Below are positions 59,701 through 64,000 of a stretch of DNA of 64,000 nucleotides, piece after piece. This stretch comes from an uncultured Thermoplasmata archaeon (GTDB taxonomy: Archaea > Thermoplasmatota > Thermoplasmata > UBA10834). Location: the NCBI GenBank assembly GCA_963719945.1, contig CAVRDX010000004.1, positions 1-64,000 of the forward strand. The letters run 5' to 3'. Each line of letters opens with the position of its first letter. Position 1 is the stretch's first letter. Both the position numbers and the translations under genes were made by a program. Under the pieces are notes generated by a model that worked only from the letters and a program-made list of their open reading frames with translations, made no database searches and was not told where the DNA came from.

Positions 59701-60276
59701 TCATAAAGTGAGTGCGAGCGCGGTCATCAGTGTGCCGGGTACCACGACCATGAGGAAATCATCGTCGAGGTACTTCGTCTTCCATCGTTCAGACAGGATG
59801 GCTGAGACCGATCCTACGACGCACATGATCAGTATCAACTCCCATGTCCAGGAAGTCATTTTAGCAAGGATCGTCGCGCATATCATGCAGTAGATCGCTA
59901 TTGGCGGAAGTATCGACGCCATGGGTGCCCTGTAGCGCTTCCGGAGCTCGCCAGCGATGGGGTCTGTGACCGCCATGCCGACGATGCAGACAGTCCCCAC
60001 ATCCGATGGCATGAGCCATAGGGCCACCAGTATTCCCACGGACGCCCAGACGAAGGAGGCAACCTGATGGCGCTCATATGGACGCAAACCAGGGAACATC
60101 AGTCCGAAATAAAGGCGCACCGCCTCGATCACGACCACAATGAGCAATCCTACGAAGAGGATGACCCAATGATCGGCTCCAATGACAGGCAGTTCGTCCG
60201 GGAGGGCATAATACAAGGGTGTGAGCCCGATCATCAGATGAATTGCCCGTCTCAGGAGTCCCCAATCCGCCATTTC
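59701..60276 (-). CDS. Dolichol/phytol kinase-like membrane protein
   Basis: RRAIH, LRPYE, DPIAG, DDDFLM. Confidence 0.75.
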   Translation of the reverse strand, partial: EMADWGLLRRAIHLMIGLTPLYYALPDELPVIGADHWVILFVGLLIVVVIEAVRLYFGLMFPGLRPYERHQVASFVWASVGILVALWLMPSDVGTVCIVGMAVTDPIAGELRKRYRAPMASILPPIAIYCMICATILAKMTSWTWELILIMCVVGSVSAILSERWKTKYLDDDFLMVVVPGTLMTALALTL

Positions 60277-60326
60277 ATTGCCCCGCTGCAGAACCGTCAT
60301 CGAATGAGCAGGTCATAACTCTTGCT

Positions 60327-61772
60327 TCATTCACCGAAAGGTGTCCCTGACCATTTCGACTCGATCCCTCTGTAGAGGACCAACGAAGTTATGAACATCG
60401 ATGTCAGCACCAAGGAGAGACCCGCCAAGGCCACTGTCCAATCGTAGGCTATGCTGAATGAGAGTATGGCGAGGCACACGTCCGGCATGAATGACATTAT
60501 GCTGAATCTGGCCAGGATCTTGGTGTCGAAGAGGAATGTGTTCGTCTTGAGTCCTGTGAGGTATGCCAGGACCAGGACCATGTACAAGGATGTCACGAAC
60601 ATGACGATCAGAGCGAGCCAGAGATATCTGGTCTCATGGTTCAATATGGCGATGGCGACAACGAAGAAGGCAGAGATCCCCAATGTAAGGATGAGGAATA
60701 CTGCGACCCGCACGCGGATCAGTTGGGGGACGGTCACAGGGATCAGAGAGTAGTATTCCGCGAGGTCTATGTTGTTGAGCCAGCTATACATCAGCACCCC
60801 GATGAACCCTACCATCGCGGCGTAGAACACCGTGTTGAATCCTACGGGTATGGAAAGACCGTAGTTCACGAACCAGGCTGTGAACGAGAGGAAGAGCAAT
60901 GGAAGGATGAAAGAGAATGTCATTTTGGCGAGAGTCCCGCTCCTGCGGAGGTCCACGAACTCCTTGGCAGCGAGTGTACGAGAAAGCCCCTTGAAGAACG
61001 GAATGCGATTGTGATATCTGGACAGTGCCTCAGGATATGATTGGGATGACGTGGTCATCCTGACCTCGACCAGAGTGTACGATAGCACAGTCATGCCCAC
61101 CGTCGCGAGTATGGATGCTGTCGCGAATATCGCAGCTGAACCGATGTCCGCACCGAACGGCTGAACGTACGTCTGGAAGCCCAGGGAAGGGATCAACACC
61201 TCAAGAGGCAACAGTCTGAAGGCACCGTGAAGTGAGAATAGGAAAACTATCAGACCAGTGAAAGCGACGAACCATCTGATGCTTCTGATGTAGATGACTG
61301 ACGCCAGGAAACTCATCGAAAGGCCGAGCATGAAAGTCATCAAGATAGCCGAGAAGAAGAGGCCTATGCTCACGTACGAATATCCCATCACTGGAGACGC
61401 CATGAGCAGGCCGCATGTCGCAGGGATCAGCAGAAGGACGACATAGAAGAGAGCGTCACGGAGATATATCCCCAGGAAGGTCTTCTTGAAAGAGATGGGG
61501 AGAAGGAACGGCATGGCGATCAGGTAGTTGCTCCGACCATAACGCCTTTCGAGGTACTGACGCCCCATCATGCCGAATGTCCCGACGCTGAGACCATAGA
61601 TGAACGCTGAAAGGTGCGCGAGATCGATCATCTGTCTGAAGGAGACGGTCTCGAGCATCCTATCCAGGGTGAGCGCGACGACTGACGCGAGGAAGAATAC
61701 GAAGATGGGGAAGCTGAGGAACCTGTCCTGACCTGAATAGGACGTATGTGTCCGAAATTCCTCTTTGAGCAT
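60327..61772 (-). CDS. ABC exporter permease-like membrane protein
   Basis: About 12 TM, two KE(E/F) repeats, directly after the ATPase. Confidence 0.75.
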   Translation of the reverse strand: MLKEEFRTHTSYSGQDRFLSFPIFVFFLASVVALTLDRMLETVSFRQMIDLAHLSAFIYGLSVGTFGMMGRQYLERRYGRSNYLIAMPFLLPISFKKTFLGIYLRDALFYVVLLLIPATCGLLMASPVMGYSYVSIGLFFSAILMTFMLGLSMSFLASVIYIRSIRWFVAFTGLIVFLFSLHGAFRLLPLEVLIPSLGFQTYVQPFGADIGSAAIFATASILATVGMTVLSYTLVEVRMTTSSQSYPEALSRYHNRIPFFKGLSRTLAAKEFVDLRRSGTLAKMTFSFILPLLFLSFTAWFVNYGLSIPVGFNTVFYAAMVGFIGVLMYSWLNNIDLAEYYSLIPVTVPQLIRVRVAVFLILTLGISAFFVVAIAILNHETRYLWLALIVMFVTSLYMVLVLAYLTGLKTNTFLFDTKILARFSIMSFMPDVCLAILSFSIAYDWTVALAGLSLVLTSMFITSLVLYRGIESKWSGTPFGE

Positions 61773-61777
61773 CAGTT

Positions 61778-62509
61778 TCAGGAGGGTCTTCGTAGAGTAT
61801 CCCCTCCGATCACACGCAAGAACAGGCGTTCGAGGTCATCATCCTCTTTGACCAGATCATCCTTCCTGCCCTGAACGGCGACCCTTCCGAGATTCACTAT
61901 AGCCAGCTTGTTGCACAATCTCTCGGCTATCTCGAGAATGTGAGAGCAGAGGAACACGGTACCCCCTTTCGACACATATTCTTCGAGATGTTCCCTGAGC
62001 AGCTTCTGATAGATCGGATCGAGGTTTATGAAGGGCTCATCGAGGAGGAGAAGTTCTGGCTCATGCATGAATGCCGATGCGAGCATGAGTTTCTGGCGCA
62101 TGCCCTTCGACATATCCTTGCATATCGTCCCCTTCTTGCTCTCCAGGTCGAAGAAGGAAAGCCATCTGTCGATGCGATCCTCGAGATTGTCGACTTTTCT
62201 GACCTTCCCCACGAAATATAGGTACTCATAGGCAGTCAGATAGGTAGGAGGACTTTCCACCTCAGGCACGATGCCGACCAGCTCCTTGGCTTTGATAGGG
62301 TTCTTGACCACATCCACTCCGAGCACATCGACCACACCAGATGTTGGCTCCAACTGACCAGTCAGTATACGGATCAAGGTGGTCTTGCCCGCGCCATTCG
62401 GTCCGAAGAAGCCGAAGACATCGCCCTTCTCGACAGTAAGCGAGACCTGATTTAGGGCCTTCATTCCGCCAAAATCCATCACCAGGTCTTTTGCTTCTAT
62501 TACAGCCAT
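61778..62509 (-). CDS. ABC-2 type ATP-binding protein
   Basis: GPNGAGKT, MSKGMRQK, LDEP, SH. Confidence 0.93.
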   Translation of the reverse strand: MAVIEAKDLVMDFGGMKALNQVSLTVEKGDVFGFFGPNGAGKTTLIRILTGQLEPTSGVVDVLGVDVVKNPIKAKELVGIVPEVESPPTYLTAYEYLYFVGKVRKVDNLEDRIDRWLSFFDLESKKGTICKDMSKGMRQKLMLASAFMHEPELLLLDEPFINLDPIYQKLLREHLEEYVSKGGTVFLCSHILEIAERLCNKLAIVNLGRVAVQGRKDDLVKEDDDLERLFLRVIGGDTLRRPS

Positions 62510-62653
62510 TGTGGCATGAGTTATCCATTAGAACTTATATCAAGTTTGGTCGAGCCGTTACCAACTCGGTGGTTTCCCCAGACGCTTTAAGGTACTCAAG
62601 TGTTATCATGTAGCACGACAAATCGTGTCTGATTATCGTTGGAAGGAATCCAA

Positions 62654-62971
62654 ATGAAGGGAAAGGCAGGCAAATCTGTTTTGACGAGCAAGATCGAGGC
62701 CGAGATAGATTTGCTCCAGAGGCATGTTGCGATGCTGAAGGCGATCATGGACAACGAGCCTATCGGCATCATACGCCTGGCGGAGATGCTGGAGTATCCG
62801 CAGCACAAGGTCAGGTATTCTCTTAGGATCCTGGAGCAGGAAGGATTGATCGAACCTTCGCCGGACGGAGCGATCACGACCGACAAGATCCAGGACTTCC
62901 TAGACCATCTGAAGGACATCCTGGAGACGATGAGCTCCACTGTCAATGAGCTGCGGGTGTCTATCGAATAG
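62654..62971 (+). CDS. Conserved euryarchaeal winged-helix protein
   Basis: EPIGIIRLA...HKVRYSLRILEQEGLIEPS. Confidence 0.82.
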   Translation: MKGKAGKSVLTSKIEAEIDLLQRHVAMLKAIMDNEPIGIIRLAEMLEYPQHKVRYSLRILEQEGLIEPSPDGAITTDKIQDFLDHLKDILETMSSTVNELRVSIE

Positions 62972-63032
62972 TCGATTTGAGCCCCGCCCCATGGTTCTGA
63001 ATGCGCCCGAGATGGCTCCAGTGGCAAAAGGC

Positions 63033-63040
63033 TTATTAAA
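63033..63040 (+). promoter_or_regulatory. TATA box (with upstream purine-rich BRE) of tRNA-Asn
   Basis: AAAAGGC-TTATTAAA about 35 nt upstream of the mature tRNA. Confidence 0.55.
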
Positions 63041-63074
63041 CTGGTCAGATTAACTGCGCCTGCGAGCCAAGCAT

Positions 63075-63150
63075 GCCGTCGTAGCTCAGTCGGTAGAGCG
63101 TCCGCCTGTTAAGCGGAAGGTCAACGGTTCGAACCCGTTCGACGGCGCCA
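63075..63150 (+). tRNA. tRNA-Asn(GTT), intronless
   Basis: 76-nt cloverleaf, GCCGTCG/CGACGGC acceptor, CT-GTT-AA loop, encoded CCA. Confidence 0.97.
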
Positions 63151-63169
63151 TATGTTTCTCATCGACCTC

Positions 63170-64000
63170 TCAGCAGGGGTTGGCACGTTCGACTACTGGC
63201 CGCGCTTTCTTGATCAACACGACCATGAATATCAGATAGCACGCACCCACGACCGACATGCCGGCCATCCCTTCCACCTCATGGATCGGGGCCAGTACGA
63301 TGAAGAACAGGACGAGCCCAAGCGCGAGGTTCGCCTTGTGCAAGGAATTCTGGCACCTGCCGAGCCTATGTTCGAGCAGCAGCAAAGCTGCAGCGTTCAC
63401 CATCAAAAGGGTCACGATGGTCACGATAGCTGGCAGGGCGGACAGAACCGCAGATGCGATTACGAAGTCCAGGGATATGAGAGTGAATCCAAATGCGATG
63501 AATCTCGACGGTTTCCACGTAGGCAACTCATGCCTGGCGCTCACCAGATCGATCGGCAACTCTCTCGCGATGAGCACGAAGACGATGGTTATGAGAATGG
63601 AGGCGATGTACTGCAGAGGCGGTGGGTAGTAGTCCTGGATAGATACGAACGCGACCGCAGCGAATGCGATATCTATGAGATATATCGCGCCAACCAGCTT
63701 GAATCGCCTCTGGACCAGAATCCTCTCTTGCCTTAGATGAGGATACCAGAGGTTGAAGATCAATATCGGCAGGCAGATGCTGATCATCGAATGAAAGATG
63801 CTCAGCCAGACCGCCCAGATCCAATTCACCTCGGCGAAACGGCCAAATTCGGAAAGCGTTCCAAGATCAGCCCAACCGGGGTCGAAGAAACTCTTGACCG
63901 CGATGCCTTCCTCGACTATGGCATACGCGAAACCGAGCATGATCGTAGTCGCCCAACCCTTCCTCCAGATCACAGTGAGTTCACGGATCAGCAGAACTCC
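63170..64000 (-). CDS. Polytopic membrane protein, 5'-partial
   Basis: Frame open to the window end; YAIVEEG..VKSFFDP, FHSMISI. Confidence 0.75.
   Translation of the reverse strand, partial: GVLLIRELTVIWRKGWATTIMLGFAYAIVEEGIAVKSFFDPGWADLGTLSEFGRFAEVNWIWAVWLSIFHSMISICLPILIFNLWYPHLRQERILVQRRFKLVGAIYLIDIAFAAVAFVSIQDYYPPPLQYIASILITIVFVLIARELPIDLVSARHELPTWKPSRFIAFGFTLISLDFVIASAVLSALPAIVTIVTLLMVNAAALLLLEHRLGRCQNSLHKANLALGLVLFFIVLAPIHEVEGMAGMSVVGACYLIFMVVLIKKARPVVERANPC

Noticed and set aside
1-64000. CRISPR arrays, IS elements, rRNA, methanogenesis markers
   Set aside because: No regularly spaced repeats, transposase motifs, rRNA-like stretches or mcr/mtr genes seen; Hdr/Mvh alone does not imply methanogenesis.

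Overview
Chromosomal window from an archaeon, most likely Thermoplasmatota. This is an inference from gene content: archaeal tRNAs with 37/38 introns, Trm56, Elp3, Cdc48, Sec61beta, single-OB SSB and GGAGGTGA ribosome-binding sites. No mobile element, CRISPR array or rRNA was seen. From left to right: a 10-kb duplicated HdrA/MvhD cluster with a group 3c [NiFe]-hydrogenase (MvhG, MvhA), maturation protease and HypE (no hdrBC inside the window); MobA; a pair of DUF2238-like membrane proteins; a multiply frameshifted REC-PAS histidine kinase; tRNA-Ser(GGA) and tRNA-Glu(CTC), both with introns; nitrilase-family, NadE and amidase genes; secreted peptidases (one M28, two clostripain-like); a NikR-like regulator; a complete his operon ending in a PHP gene; Sec61beta; a CheY-like regulator; class II LysRS; a 2-oxoacid:ferredoxin oxidoreductase operon; Cdc48 plus a PRC barrel; two large TPR proteins; Elp3; a NitT/TauT ABC transporter with a divergent regulator; redox and housekeeping genes; and tRNA-Asn. 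The best candidate for an undescribed system is the coupled TPR pair (Zn-ribbon-TPR, and degenerate Mrr-like domain-TPR-SAP). Next come the reciprocally fused/split HdrA-MvhD-wHTH tandem and a circularly permuted substrate-binding protein with a palindromic operator. All family calls come from motif recognition by eye; no searches were run.
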